64,000 bases of DNA from an uncultured Nitrospiraceae bacterium (GTDB lineage Bacteria > Nitrospirota > Thermodesulfovibrionia > Thermodesulfovibrionales > UBA6898), in contig CAWEQH010000004.1 in assembly GCA_963811165.1 (NCBI GenBank), forward strand, positions 192,001 to 256,000, given 5' to 3'. Below the pieces are notes generated by a model, which did no database searches, had not been told where the DNA came from, and worked only from the letters and a program-made list of their open reading frames with translations. Each line of letters opens with the position of its first letter. Position 1 is the first letter of the stretch. The position numbers were made by a program, and so were the translations under genes. This document shows, piece by piece, positions 40,997 to 50,995 of this stretch.

Positions 40997-41049
40997 GACT
41001 ACCCTCCTTATAGTTGGATTGATTGCTTTTTCGGTTTTATTTTCCAACT

Positions 41050-42540
41050 TCAACCAAGGCGTTTCTCGAAAACCTTCCGGAAATGAAACCCGTAGATTGA
41101 GAGGGTTACGGCCTGTGAAATCAGGCGGGGGCGGGTAAATATGGTCCAGAGCAAAAGTCTCCAATAATGGAACCGTTCTTTTCCAACGACCCCGAGGACT
41201 ACAATCGACCTGAAGAACGCGCCGATATAGTTAGGCCGAAATCGCAGGGCCTTTCTTTTTTTCTTGGGAGGAATGTATTCCCTCAGGAATGTCCTGACCC
41301 TTTCATAGTAGTGCCCGGGTGAATACAGGGTGCCGAGTACCTTTTTGTAGCCGCTGATCAACAGGTCATAGTCCATCCTGGGGATAAAATTTGTCGCGAA
41401 ATCCGTATTGTTCCCTGAGGTCTCCTTCAGCAGCCGCTGCTCCTTCTTGAGCCTTTCATAGAGCTGCGTGCGCGGAAGGGCAATGAGTACGCCTACCATG
41501 GCAGTGACGACCCCGCTTTTCTGGATGAACCTGATCTGGGTGTCGAAGATCGTAACAGGGTCGTTGTCAAAACCGACAATAAATCCTCCCTGCACCTCGA
41601 GGCCGGCCCTCTGGATATTCCTGACACTGGCGAGAAGATCGCGGTTTCTGTTCTGGAATTTGCTGCACTCCGCAAGGCTCTGCTCATGAGGGGTTTCGAG
41701 GCCGATGAAGACGACATCGAATCCTGCCGCGACCATCATCTCCATCAGGTCTTTATGGTCGGACAGTTCTATGGATGCCTGAGTATTGAAGGTAAAGGGA
41801 TGCCTTCTCATCTCCATCCATTCGATGATGGCCGGGAGGATCTCCTCCTTCAGTTTTTTCTTGTTCCCGATAAAATTGTCGTCAACAAAGAAAACCTGGC
41901 CTTTGAACCCTGTCGCATAAACACTCTCCAGTTCCCTGATGATCTGGTCTCTGTCTTTTGTGCGCGGCGTGCGACCGCAGAGCAGGGTAATGTCGCAAAA
42001 TTCGCAGTTGAAGGGGCAGCCCCGGGAATACTGGATATTGATCGAAGCATAGTGCTTCACCTTGATGAGCCCCCAAAGCGGAATGGGCGTCTCCCGCATG
42101 TCTGCCCACTGATCAGCGGTATAGAAATGACGGGCATCGCCTTTCCGAAAATCTTCCAGGAAAAGGGGCAGGGTGATTTCGGCCTCATTCAGCACCAGAT
42201 GGTCTACATCCCGGAACGCCTCATATTCGGTCGTGAAAAGAGGACCGCCGGCGACAATCCTGACACCAGCTGACTTGCATCTTGCAATCACTTCTTTTAC
42301 CGACTCTTTCTGGACGGACATTGCGCTGACAAAGACGAGATCAGCCCACTTCAGATCATCGTCATCCAGGCTTTCCACGTTCATGTCGACCAGTCTTTTC
42401 TCCCAGAATTCAGGGAGCATCGCTGCTATAGTCAACAATCCGAGAGGTGGACTGCTTGCCTTTCGGTGAATGAATTTCAAGGCATACCTAAAACTCCAGA
42501 AGGTATCCGGGAATTCAGGGTAAATGAGTAGCGCTTTCAT
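41050..42540 (-). CDS. B12-binding radical SAM protein (DUF4070-type C-terminus)
   Basis: PPLGLLTIAAML, GGP, RGCPFNCEFC CxxxCxxC, FVDDNF, GFIVGFD. Confidence 0.9.
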   Translation of the reverse strand: MKALLIYPEFPDTFWSFRYALKFIHRKASSPPLGLLTIAAMLPEFWEKRLVDMNVESLDDDDLKWADLVFVSAMSVQKESVKEVIARCKSAGVRIVAGGPLFTTEYEAFRDVDHLVLNEAEITLPLFLEDFRKGDARHFYTADQWADMRETPIPLWGLIKVKHYASINIQYSRGCPFNCEFCDITLLCGRTPRTKDRDQIIRELESVYATGFKGQVFFVDDNFIGNKKKLKEEILPAIIEWMEMRRHPFTFNTQASIELSDHKDLMEMMVAAGFDVVFIGLETPHEQSLAECSKFQNRNRDLLASVRNIQRAGLEVQGGFIVGFDNDPVTIFDTQIRFIQKSGVVTAMVGVLIALPRTQLYERLKKEQRLLKETSGNNTDFATNFIPRMDYDLLISGYKKVLGTLYSPGHYYERVRTFLREYIPPKKKRKALRFRPNYIGAFFRSIVVLGVVGKERFHYWRLLLWTIFTRPRLISQAVTLSIYGFHFRKVFEKRLG

Positions 42541-42603
42541 GGAATATCCCTCGTCATTTTAGTTTTTCACATCAGCGGCTGTCAGGATCACTGCGCCGCC
42601 TTG

Positions 42604-43008
42604 CTATTTTTGAAAGTGCTTCCGAATTTTTGCCGCAATCTGACGACCCGTCATCCTGTCGACAGTCTCAATACCGGCGATTCGTCCACCGAGATTTTTC
42701 CCTTTAAGACGTTTTTTGAGTTCGTCCTTTGCGTCACCAGGCCCGAATATCAGAATAGATTCTGCATCGCCGATATTCGCAATTACCGCATTGTAGTAAA
42801 TGTTGAGATGTCCGGTTAACGTTCTCTGACGGCTGTCACTTGCTGGTACTTGCATTGAATCATAAGGGCCCTTAAGAGGGGAATCACCGGAACGGCGAAG
42901 CTGTTTTTCAACCTTCGATATGATAAGCGCTGTCTCTTCCCCTTTTTCCGTAATGGCCACGATAATAGCCTTCCTGTGGTCAATCCATAAACCCACTTTT
43001 GTTTTCAT
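42604..43008 (-). CDS. Small eRF1/host-attachment-like single-domain protein
   Basis: VGLWIDHRKAII...ILIFGPGDAKDELKKRL...IETVDRMT pattern; no GGQ. Confidence 0.55.
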   Translation of the reverse strand: MKTKVGLWIDHRKAIIVAITEKGEETALIISKVEKQLRRSGDSPLKGPYDSMQVPASDSRQRTLTGHLNIYYNAVIANIGDAESILIFGPGDAKDELKKRLKGKNLGGRIAGIETVDRMTGRQIAAKIRKHFQK

Positions 43009-43142
43009 AGTTTTCTCCTTTGGAGATCAGATATACCCCACTTTTTCAATATACCACCCATCAGAGCTCTTGAAAACTGCATTGCTGTTATTCTTCTTTT
43101 GCCCCTGCGATTTGTCCTCATTTTCACCAGGTGATGACTCTT

Positions 43143-45023
43143 CTATTCTTTCAAACTCTGTATTATTCGCTCCACATCAGCCCTCTCAAGCATCTCTTCC
43201 TTCATCAGTCCCTCGGCAAGGGCATCAAGCGTATGTCTTTTCCCTGCCAATATTTCAGTCGCCCTTGACTCTGCATCGATGATAATTTTCTGGATCTCCT
43301 GGTCCATGAGCCAGGCCATCTCCTCGCTGTAACGCTTCGGGAGAGATAACTCCCTGCCCAGAAACGGATGTTCTTCTCCGCGTCCGAGATTTATAGGGCC
43401 GACCCTGTCACTCATCCCCCACTGAGCCACCATCTTCTCGGCCAATGAAGTCGCCTCTTTCAGGTCGTTCTGCGCGCCGCTGCTGCTGTCGTTAAAAACG
43501 ATCTTTTCTGCAACCCTTCCGGCGAGGGCCACACTCAATTTGTTCATGAGGTAGGAGCGCGGATAATAATGCCTGTCTTCTTCGGGCAGCAGCTGAGTGA
43601 CACCCATCGCCATTCCGCGCGGGATGATGCTCACCTTGTATATCGGGTCGGCGCCGGGAAGTTCCCACGCGACAAGGGTATGTCCTGCTTCGTGATATGC
43701 CGTTATTCGCTTTTCCGTATCGCTTATGGTCTCTTCTCTCACCGCCCCCATAAGGATAATGTCCTCTGCCTCCTCAAAGTCGTGCATGTCTATTTTCGTT
43801 TTGCTCTTTCTCAAGGCAACGAGTGCTGCCTCGTTTGTTAGATTCTCAAGGTCGGCGCCTGTCATGCCCGGGGTGCCCCTCGCCAGAGTCTCGAAATCGA
43901 CATTGTCCGCCAGCAACTTGCCTCTCACATGGATTTCAAGGATCGCCTTGCGTTCCTTCCAGCCCGGCCTGTCGATAACAACATGCCTGTCGAACCTCCC
44001 CGGCCTCAAAAGCGCGGGGTCCAGCACATCCGGCCTGTTGGTCGCAGCCATTACTATCACCTCTTCATGAGGGTCGAACCCGTCCATTTCACTCAAAAGC
44101 TGGTTCAGTGTCTGTTCCCTTTCATCATGTCCGCCTCCAAGCCCTGTGCCGCGTGTACGGCCTACCGCATCGATCTCGTCGATAAAAATAATGCTCGGAT
44201 GGGAATCCTTTGCCTTTTTGAACATGTCCCTGACGCGCGAGGCGCCTACTCCTACAAACATCTCTATGAACTCAGACGCGCTGATGCTGTAAAAAGGCAC
44301 CGCGGCCTCCCCTGCGGTTGCACGCGCAAGGAGGGTCTTGCCTGTTCCCGGAGGCCCGATCAGAAGCACCCCCTTTGGGACTTTGGCGCCTATTTTTTCG
44401 AACCTGGAAGGGTCTTTCAGGAACTCTATCGTCTCCCTCAGCTCCATCTTTACATTGTCCATCCCCGCAACGTCTTTAAAGGTCACACCCGTATTCTTTG
44501 CAACAAACAGTTTGGCCTTGCTCGCCCCGAATGTAAAGAGCCCTCCGGGGCCGCCCTGGATCTGCTGATTCCTCTTCGTCATCATGACCCAGAACCCGAT
44601 GATCAGCACCCACGGCAGGATTCCGATCACCATCTGCCAGAAATATCCCTGTTCAGCGGACTCCACGGTGATAACCACTTTTTTTGCCCTTAGTTGGGGC
44701 AGGAGTCCTTCACCCTGAAAGGCAGGCAGAACAGTCTCAAAGTATTTCACCTGGGCGGGTTTCTTCTCTCCCGGCAACTGCATGCTTACTTCTTTAGACA
44801 GCTCCCCGCTTACAAGCAGCTTTTTTATTGAAACGGATTTGATATTGCCTGCGTCTAATTGCTCCATGAACTGACTGTAATTTATCGTATAATGAGGAGG
44901 AGGACCGACGTTGAAAAAGCTATTCCATACTAATATAACAACTGAAGCTAAAAAAACCGCTGCAATGTACTTCCAATAGATACTAGGTATACCGCCAATG
45001 TTGTCTTTCTTATCTTCAGCCAC
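43143..45023 (-). CDS. ftsH: ATP-dependent zinc metalloprotease FtsH
   Basis: 2 [15 protein letters not shown] pore loop, IFIDE, SRH RPGRFD, HEAGH. Confidence 0.95.
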   Translation of the reverse strand: MAEDKKDNIGGIPSIYWKYIAAVFLASVVILVWNSFFNVGPPPHYTINYSQFMEQLDAGNIKSVSIKKLLVSGELSKEVSMQLPGEKKPAQVKYFETVLPAFQGEGLLPQLRAKKVVITVESAEQGYFWQMVIGILPWVLIIGFWVMMTKRNQQIQGGPGGLFTFGASKAKLFVAKNTGVTFKDVAGMDNVKMELRETIEFLKDPSRFEKIGAKVPKGVLLIGPPGTGKTLLARATAGEAAVPFYSISASEFIEMFVGVGASRVRDMFKKAKDSHPSIIFIDEIDAVGRTRGTGLGGGHDEREQTLNQLLSEMDGFDPHEEVIVMAATNRPDVLDPALLRPGRFDRHVVIDRPGWKERKAILEIHVRGKLLADNVDFETLARGTPGMTGADLENLTNEAALVALRKSKTKIDMHDFEEAEDIILMGAVREETISDTEKRITAYHEAGHTLVAWELPGADPIYKVSIIPRGMAMGVTQLLPEEDRHYYPRSYLMNKLSVALAGRVAEKIVFNDSSSGAQNDLKEATSLAEKMVAQWGMSDRVGPINLGRGEEHPFLGRELSLPKRYSEEMAWLMDQEIQKIIIDAESRATEILAGKRHTLDALAEGLMKEEMLERADVERIIQSLKE

Positions 45024-45088
45024 GCTTCATACCTGTTTCCACCCTTTCTGAGGAGCTCTTTTCGACTGTTTCCCTTTTATCAGTGCCT

Positions 45089-46564
45089 TCATGGACCAAT
45101 TTTCCTGAAATCGATAAATCCCCGTTCAACGTCTACAGATGTCAGCTGCACCCGAATCCTGTTGCCGACATCGAGGTCCTCGAAACCATGGACGACTCTC
45201 CCTTCGACAGGGACCGTGAGAAGCCGGGCCCATGTACCCTTAGCGGATGCGCCGGTCACGATAGCGTCAAACTGTTCCCCAATTCTGTGTTCCAGCAGCA
45301 TTGCCGCCGCGGATTTGCCTACCTGCCGTTCCACTTTGTTGGCGGCGTCTTCTTCTTCCGTGCAATGTTTCGCCAGGGCCTCAAGCCCGTCATTGTTATA
45401 CGGCAAAGGACTTCCTTCTATAGCGGCCTTCAACAGGCGTTGTGTGATAAGGTCGGTATACCGGCGATTAGGGGCAGTTGAATGGGTATAGTCCCTGACC
45501 GCAAGACCAAAGTGTCCCGGGGCGGTATCTCCCGGAAGTTCTGCAATGTATTCGCCGGCCCCCATAAGTTTGATAACAGCGAGGGAGAGATCGGGGAATC
45601 TTACCGGATCGGCTGCCTTTGCCTTTGTCAAGAAATCCTCCAGCGCCTTTGAATCCGGCGTATAGGGGAGCTTGAATCCATGTTCAGCAGCAAGCTCGAC
45701 AATCCGCTCCCATCGTTTTGGAGTTCGGACTACACGGCGGATGGAAGGGAATTTTTTTGACGAGAGATACCGTGCGGTCACGCCGTTTGCCCCTATCATG
45801 AAATCCTCGATAATGTCTTTTGCCTGGTTCCTTTTTTCGACTTCGAGATCGCGGATTTCATCGCCGTCAAATACCGGTCTCGCCTCAACCGTTTCAAAAC
45901 TAAGTGCACCATGCACATGCCGGAGGTTCTTCATGCTTTGCGCTGCCTTGTTCTGCAGGCGCAGATTCTCCTCAAGTCCTTTTACCGCAGCAGCAGCCTC
46001 AGGCAGACTTCCAGTGCCTTCAAGCCATGCGGCAACGCTGTTATAGGCGAGCTTCGCACGGTTTCGGACACGCGCCCTGTAGATATCGGAATCCCCTAAA
46101 GACCCGTCCGCTTCGATCACCATTTCGACAACGATTGCCATTCGGTCCTCGTTGAAATTCAGGGACGTGAGGTCAGTCGAAAGCTTCTCAGGAATCATCG
46201 GAAACATACTGCCGGCGGTATACACAGAGGTAGTATTATGGCGGGCGTGCTCGTCGATGGCCGAGCCGTTATTAACAAGCGCGTCCACGTCAGCCACGGC
46301 AACAAGTATCTTTATTTTGTTTCCCGGCAATGCCTCTGCAACGGTAAGCTGGTCCAGGTCGCGGGAATCATCATTATCGATGGAGGCCCATAGCAGGTCT
46401 CTTAGGTCACGGACCTGTTCACCCTCCACTGATGCAGGCGCCTGAATCCGTCCAAGTTCCGCGATTGCTTCGCTTGAAAAGTCAGGGAGCAGTCCCCTCT
46501 GAAGCATGGCCCTGTGCGCGATTCTCTGTAAAATAGCACGGTGTTGCTTATCATCGCTTTGCAT
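45089..46564 (-). CDS. RNB-domain (RNase II/R family) ribonuclease, short form
   Basis: SIDNDDSRDLDQ, VAVADV, IEDFM, HSTAPNRRYTDL, C-terminal S1-like domain. Confidence 0.88.
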   Translation of the reverse strand: MQSDDKQHRAILQRIAHRAMLQRGLLPDFSSEAIAELGRIQAPASVEGEQVRDLRDLLWASIDNDDSRDLDQLTVAEALPGNKIKILVAVADVDALVNNGSAIDEHARHNTTSVYTAGSMFPMIPEKLSTDLTSLNFNEDRMAIVVEMVIEADGSLGDSDIYRARVRNRAKLAYNSVAAWLEGTGSLPEAAAAVKGLEENLRLQNKAAQSMKNLRHVHGALSFETVEARPVFDGDEIRDLEVEKRNQAKDIIEDFMIGANGVTARYLSSKKFPSIRRVVRTPKRWERIVELAAEHGFKLPYTPDSKALEDFLTKAKAADPVRFPDLSLAVIKLMGAGEYIAELPGDTAPGHFGLAVRDYTHSTAPNRRYTDLITQRLLKAAIEGSPLPYNNDGLEALAKHCTEEEDAANKVERQVGKSAAAMLLEHRIGEQFDAIVTGASAKGTWARLLTVPVEGRVVHGFEDLDVGNRIRVQLTSVDVERGFIDFRKIGP

Positions 46565-46652
46565 AAATTGCTTACCTCGTTCCTATTTTAACAGTCACTC
46601 ATATTACATATCAGCAAACTATACTCATCAAAAGCCTGAAGGCTCCCTTTCA

Positions 46653-47102
46653 TCACCTCCTCACAATAAGTATCGGGATTTTTGTTTCTTTGTGCATTAC
46701 GCCATAGGTGACACTGCCGAGGACCGCAACCGCCAGAGCGCTCTTCCCGTGAGAACCCATAATAATCAGACTTACCTTTGCCTTAGCAGCCTCTTTCACA
46801 ATACCCTCGACAGGGTGCCCAGCCGTTATAACAGTCTTTGATGAGACTCCATTTTTATCGCAGAGCTTCTTTATTTCTCCGGCATACCCTTCGGCAGCCT
46901 CTCTCAGATAATCCTCGATAGGCTCTATTACATGCCTTGCAGCCGTCCTCGCGGGGACTGTCTGGCCCATAAATGAGCGCTTATCAATAACGCTCAGGAC
47001 AATTACCGAGGCCTTTAACTGTTTTGCGAGGTCAACCGCATACTTGGCTGCCTTTTGAGCCGTCTTTGACCCGTCCGTCGGAACAAGAATCTTTGAAATC
47101 AT
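46653..47102 (-). CDS. Universal stress protein UspA family
   Basis: KILVPTDGS...GHP..I...LIIMGSHG...LGSVT. Confidence 0.92.
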   Translation of the reverse strand: MISKILVPTDGSKTAQKAAKYAVDLAKQLKASVIVLSVIDKRSFMGQTVPARTAARHVIEPIEDYLREAAEGYAGEIKKLCDKNGVSSKTVITAGHPVEGIVKEAAKAKVSLIIMGSHGKSALAVAVLGSVTYGVMHKETKIPILIVRR

Positions 47103-47221
47103 ATGTCCTCCTTTACTACAGTGAATTCCTCAAGGATTGGTTCATAAAAAATATTTTTTGCCTTTTCAGCTTCTTACTATAGAAGTTTGTTTATTCTTAG
47201 ACAACCTCATTCTAAGGAGAG

Positions 47222-47255
47222 AGGTTGCTGCCCCGCCGTGGCGGGGCAGCAACCT
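47222..47255. other. Perfect 16-bp inverted repeat (stable hairpin, no clear U-tract)
   Basis: AGGTTGCTGCCCCGCC-GT-GGCGGGGCAGCAACCT. Confidence 0.75.
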
Positions 47256-47297
47256 AGAGCCTATTTGAACTCCTTGATAGTCAGCTGGCTACATACT

Positions 47298-48146
47298 CTA
47301 CTTTCTATCCTGTTTTTCTTCCTCTCCTCTTCCGGGCTTTCCCCCTTGAGGTTTGGATTGTCTCGGTTGCTGGCCCTGAGTTTTTTGCTCACGTTTTTGA
47401 ACTTTCTCCTGAGGCTGTCTTTGTTGCCGCTGGACTTTCTCCTGAGGTCGTATCTGTTTCTGTTGAACCTGAGGTCTTTGCTGTAGTCTCTCTTGCTGCT
47501 TTTGCTGCACCCGAGGTTGTTTTTGCTGCCGCTGAACTTTCTCCTGAGTTTGTATCTGTTTTTGTTGAACCTGAGGTTTTCGCTGTAGTTTCTGTTGCCG
47601 CTGTTGCTGAACCTGGGGTTGCTTCTGTTGATATTGCTGTTGCCTTTGTTGTCTTAGTTCCTGTCTCTGTTGTTGCGGGCGAGGTTGATAGCTCTGTACG
47701 CCCCAGGTTCCCTGCCTTTCCCAATGCCGGTCATTTTTCCAGCTCTTCCAGTTCCGTTGAAGTCCTCGGTAAGGAATCCGTTCATAGTTCCACCGGTGCC
47801 CGTGCCAATCATGGTCCCTGTAGTATCCTCTCCAACCCGGGTCTATATCAAAATAAAAGCTTGGGACATTGTTATAATAACCCCAGCCCCGGTCATAATA
47901 ATGTGAACGATACCAGCGACCTTCCCATAGACGCCACCACCAGCCATTCCAGAAAAACAGGTCTACATCAATGTCAGGATCAACGTACACATCGCTCGTA
48001 TCAGGCATCACTATCACATCTGGTGGTGCAGCAAATTCGATGGGCGGCAGAGAAATACCAACGTTTATATTTACTGCTGCCGTCGTTGGAATAGGAACTA
48101 CAATTAGCAATGCCAAAAGCAATATTCCCAAAAATAACTTTTTCAT
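47298..48146 (-). CDS. Exported protein with Trp/Tyr-rich core and Gln-rich repetitive tail
   Basis: Signal peptide, VNINVGI.LPP, FFWNGWWWR..GRWYRS..Y; Q/K/P repeats with ~102 bp period (47461 vs 47563). Confidence 0.75.
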   Translation of the reverse strand: MKKLFLGILLLALLIVVPIPTTAAVNINVGISLPPIEFAAPPDVIVMPDTSDVYVDPDIDVDLFFWNGWWWRLWEGRWYRSHYYDRGWGYYNNVPSFYFDIDPGWRGYYRDHDWHGHRWNYERIPYRGLQRNWKSWKNDRHWERQGTWGVQSYQPRPQQQRQELRQQRQQQYQQKQPQVQQQRQQKLQRKPQVQQKQIQTQEKVQRQQKQPRVQQKQQERLQQRPQVQQKQIRPQEKVQRQQRQPQEKVQKREQKTQGQQPRQSKPQGGKPGRGEEEKQDRK

Positions 48147-48184
48147 TTTGTTGCCTCCTTTACAGATCACTGTTTTGTCTCCCA

Positions 48185-48406
48185 TCAGCCCTTCTTGTTC
48201 CCCATGACCAGCAATAGAATGCCACCTACGAGCGCGGCCCCTCCTACGATTGGCGGCAGGGGAAGCGTTTTCGTCTTATCAGCAGTCACCTGGATCGGAC
48301 CGAGATCGACGACCTTCTCCCTGGTCGTGTAGGTGATGCCCTGATACGCGAAAGCGACGATTCCTATCACGATAAGGATGATGCCTGCCACCGTGTACGT
48401 TTTCAT
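48185..48406 (-). CDS. DUF3185-like small membrane protein
   Basis: GIILIVIG...YQGITYTTREKVVDLGP..T....LPP+.G. Confidence 0.75.
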   Translation of the reverse strand: MKTYTVAGIILIVIGIVAFAYQGITYTTREKVVDLGPIQVTADKTKTLPLPPIVGGAALVGGILLLVMGNKKG

Positions 48407-48458
48407 TTTAGCTCCCCTTTCCAGTTTGTCTTAAGTCCACTTGATCCAAAGTCCATGC

Positions 48459-49229
48459 CTATTTGGACTCCTCGATAGTCATCTGGTTCTCCACGTTCTT
48501 CACGCCCTTTATGTCTTTGACGAGTTTGGCGGCCAGGTCCCTTTCGGCTGCATTCCTCGCCTTCCCACTCAACGTGACCACGCCATGCATTGTCCTGACC
48601 TTGGTGTACAGTGCACTGGTCGAGCGATGGAACAGCAACGCCATTTTGACCTGGGCGGTAATGGAGGCGTCATCGATCTGTTCAATAAATGTTCGGGATG
48701 TGCTTCCCGAGGTATCTGACACTGTCATCTCATTTTGTACGTCTTTGACCCCTTCGACATCCTTGGCGTATTCGGTCGTCAGGTCCTTCTCTGCCTGGCT
48801 CGTTGCCTCGCCCTGCAGGGTCACGATTCCGTCTTTGGTGCTGACCTCCGTCTTGGCACTCACATTCTGATGAAGCAGGAGCGCGGCCTTAACTTTCGTA
48901 CTGAGCCACGCATCCGACTTCTCGGCGGGGTGATCACCTTTGACTTCCAGCTTGTTGTCCACGCTTTTCACGCCGGGCAGCTCCGCCACGGTCTCCTGGG
49001 CCAATGATTTATGGGATTCTTCCGAGACAGTGCCCGTCAAGGTGACGACGCCATCCTTAGAATGGATTTTAATGTCATCACCCTTGAGGTAGGTCTTGAA
49101 TACATACGATTTCTCGGCGGATGCCTGGATGCGATCATCCATCGTGGCCGCCCGCACAGGCACGCCGGTCACCAACAGAACGACCGCAGCCACCATAAGC
49201 GCGGCAGAATATATTGCTTCCATTTTCAT
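48459..49229 (-). CDS. BON-domain (OsmY-like) periplasmic protein, 3 BON domains
   Basis: Signal peptide; three D..I...VK.AL...V.T.DG.VTL.G...GVK.V.N repeats. Confidence 0.9.
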   Translation of the reverse strand: MKMEAIYSAALMVAAVVLLVTGVPVRAATMDDRIQASAEKSYVFKTYLKGDDIKIHSKDGVVTLTGTVSEESHKSLAQETVAELPGVKSVDNKLEVKGDHPAEKSDAWLSTKVKAALLLHQNVSAKTEVSTKDGIVTLQGEATSQAEKDLTTEYAKDVEGVKDVQNEMTVSDTSGSTSRTFIEQIDDASITAQVKMALLFHRSTSALYTKVRTMHGVVTLSGKARNAAERDLAAKLVKDIKGVKNVENQMTIEESK

Positions 49230-49271
49230 TGTACTTTCTCCCTTAATGTTGTTGCGTTTTGTGCCGGCTTA

Positions 49272-49784
49272 TCATTTTTTCATCTTCATGCCGCGCTCAT
49301 TGTCGTACTTCATTCCCATCCCTTCCATCATCGGCTCGCCCTCCATCATCTCTCTTAACTTCTGCCGCTGCTCAGGTGTCAGTTTGGCTTTGCATTCTTC
49401 CATGGCCTTTATGTGGGAAAGCTGCATTTCGGTCTTCATCGCCTCCAACTGTTTCACTTTTGCCTCAACTGCCTTCATATCCACGGTGTCCTGCATGAGA
49501 AGGTCCTTGAGCTCAATCTGGGCAATATGCATGTCTGCCTTTCTTCTGATTGTCTCTTTCATCATCCTGCTCTTGATCTCACGCATGAAAGCCTTCTGCT
49601 GATCATCAAGGTTCAGGTCCTTAATAATTTTCGACATGTGATGTTCGGCGTCCATCATCATCCCATCCATGCCGCAGCCACACATCATTCCTGCTCCCAT
49701 CCCACGACCGCCCATGTCTCCATAAGCAAGAGCTGCAAACGCAAGGATCGAAACTGCTGCAAATATTGCTGCAAACTTTTTCAT
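49272..49784 (-). CDS. Spy/CpxP-family periplasmic chaperone
   Basis: Signal peptide, Met/Gly-rich region, LNLDDQQ and LTPEQ motifs. Confidence 0.8.
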   Translation of the reverse strand: MKKFAAIFAAVSILAFAALAYGDMGGRGMGAGMMCGCGMDGMMMDAEHHMSKIIKDLNLDDQQKAFMREIKSRMMKETIRRKADMHIAQIELKDLLMQDTVDMKAVEAKVKQLEAMKTEMQLSHIKAMEECKAKLTPEQRQKLREMMEGEPMMEGMGMKYDNERGMKMKK

Positions 49785-49910
49785 ATCAAATCTCCTTTTA
49801 ATTTTTCCGAGTGTCCGTTGGTAAATACGACGGAAGATCGAATGTATGTTATTCCCATTGAGTGCCTGTTCAGTCTCTTCACCTCTCCATATAAATCCAT
49901 GAAAGAGTTC

Positions 49911-50090
49911 CTACGACTTCGATTGTGATGAAATGGATTCCAAAAACCAGCACTCCTGCCAATTAAACCAATACTCTTTGTCCCCAGATGATATTTTAAT
50001 GATTGAACTATCTCCGCCTTTGTAGACCGCATTCCTGATTTCCATGTTTGGAATGTCCTTATCTTTCCAGTGGATAACCATGGTTGCCAT
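49911..50090 (-). CDS. Hypothetical 59-aa protein (absent from ORF track)
   Basis: AAAGGAG RBS; MATMVIHWKDKDIPNMEIRNAVYKGGDSSIIKISSGDKEYWFNWQECWFLESISSQSKS*. Confidence 0.6.
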   Translation of the reverse strand: MATMVIHWKDKDIPNMEIRNAVYKGGDSSIIKISSGDKEYWFNWQECWFLESISSQSKS

Positions 50091-50108
50091 CCCTTTCTCC
50101 TTTCGAAG

Positions 50109-50300
50109 CTACCTCCCAATACGAATCGTTGAGAGGTTTGATATGAGTCCGAAGACACTCAATAACCATATAATCACAACAATAATCACTACCACATTCA
50201 ATATTTTCTTTATGGTAGACTGCATCGGTATGTAGCTGTTAATCACCCATAGAATCACTCCAACGACAACCAACACAATGACTAATTGAATCAACGGCAT
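50109..50300 (-). CDS. Thivi_2564-like small membrane protein
   Basis: MPLIQLVIVLVVVGVILWVINSYIPM...KKILNVVV; AAAGGAG RBS. Confidence 0.75.
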   Translation of the reverse strand: MPLIQLVIVLVVVGVILWVINSYIPMQSTIKKILNVVVIIVVIIWLLSVFGLISNLSTIRIGR

Positions 50301-50368
50301 GGTATTTCTCCTTTCATGCTGCGCATTGTAGGAAAAGAGATACTGTCCCTTCTCCACAGATGCAGTCT

Positions 50369-50434
50369 CATGTCACAAAACTCGCAGTTGAAGGGGCACC
50401 CCGGGAAGTCGGGATAAATGAGGAGTGCTTTCAC
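50369..50434 (-). pseudogene. Collapsed remnant of a B12 radical SAM gene paralogous to 41050..42540
   Basis: GTG KALLIYPDFP joined out of frame to GCPFNCEFCD at a shared TTCCCGG. Confidence 0.8.
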
Positions 50435-50452
50435 GGAATGCCCCTTATCCAC

Positions 50453-50995
50453 CTACTTTTTCTCTTCGATCTTCAAGAGGCTCTTCACGGATTTCACACC
50501 CTTGATTTCCCTGATCTTTGCCACAAGCCGTGACTCGGTCTCTCTGCTGTTCACAAAACCCTGAAGAACAACATCTCCCTGTGTTGTCGTCACATCGATC
50601 TTGAAATAATGAGCATCCGGGTCTTTGATTATATCCGCATTAACCTTTGTGGTTATCATCGAGTCATCTATATATTCACCCGCTGTATCGCCCTTAAGCT
50701 TCAGTAGGCTTTTAACAGATTTCACGCCCTCGATTTGCCTGATCTTTGCTACAATCCGGTCCTCAGCCGTTCTGTCGTGTATGGAACCCTGGAGAACAAC
50801 GTTCCCATCTGTAGAGGTTACATCGATCTTTAGATACTTGGCGTCCTGGTCTTTGACGATTATGTCATTCACTTTCGTGGTAATGGTCGCGTCATCGACA
50901 TGTTCGCCTGCCGTCCTGCCCGTCATCGTGGCGCAGCCCGAAAACAAGGCCGATCCAATAACCATTAACATTGCCATAAAAATAACCTTCTTCAT
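50453..50995 (-). CDS. BON-domain lipoprotein (2 BON domains)
   Basis: Lipobox FSGC; two DD..IT+KV...IDVT+..G.VVLQG...GVKSVKS repeats. Confidence 0.88.
   Translation of the reverse strand: MKKVIFMAMLMVIGSALFSGCATMTGRTAGEHVDDATITTKVNDIIVKDQDAKYLKIDVTSTDGNVVLQGSIHDRTAEDRIVAKIRQIEGVKSVKSLLKLKGDTAGEYIDDSMITTKVNADIIKDPDAHYFKIDVTTTQGDVVLQGFVNSRETESRLVAKIREIKGVKSVKSLLKIEEKK

Noticed and set aside
49781..50158. 125-aa ORF from the track
   Set aside because: No RBS or motif; overlaps the better-supported 49911..50090 and 50109..50300 genes
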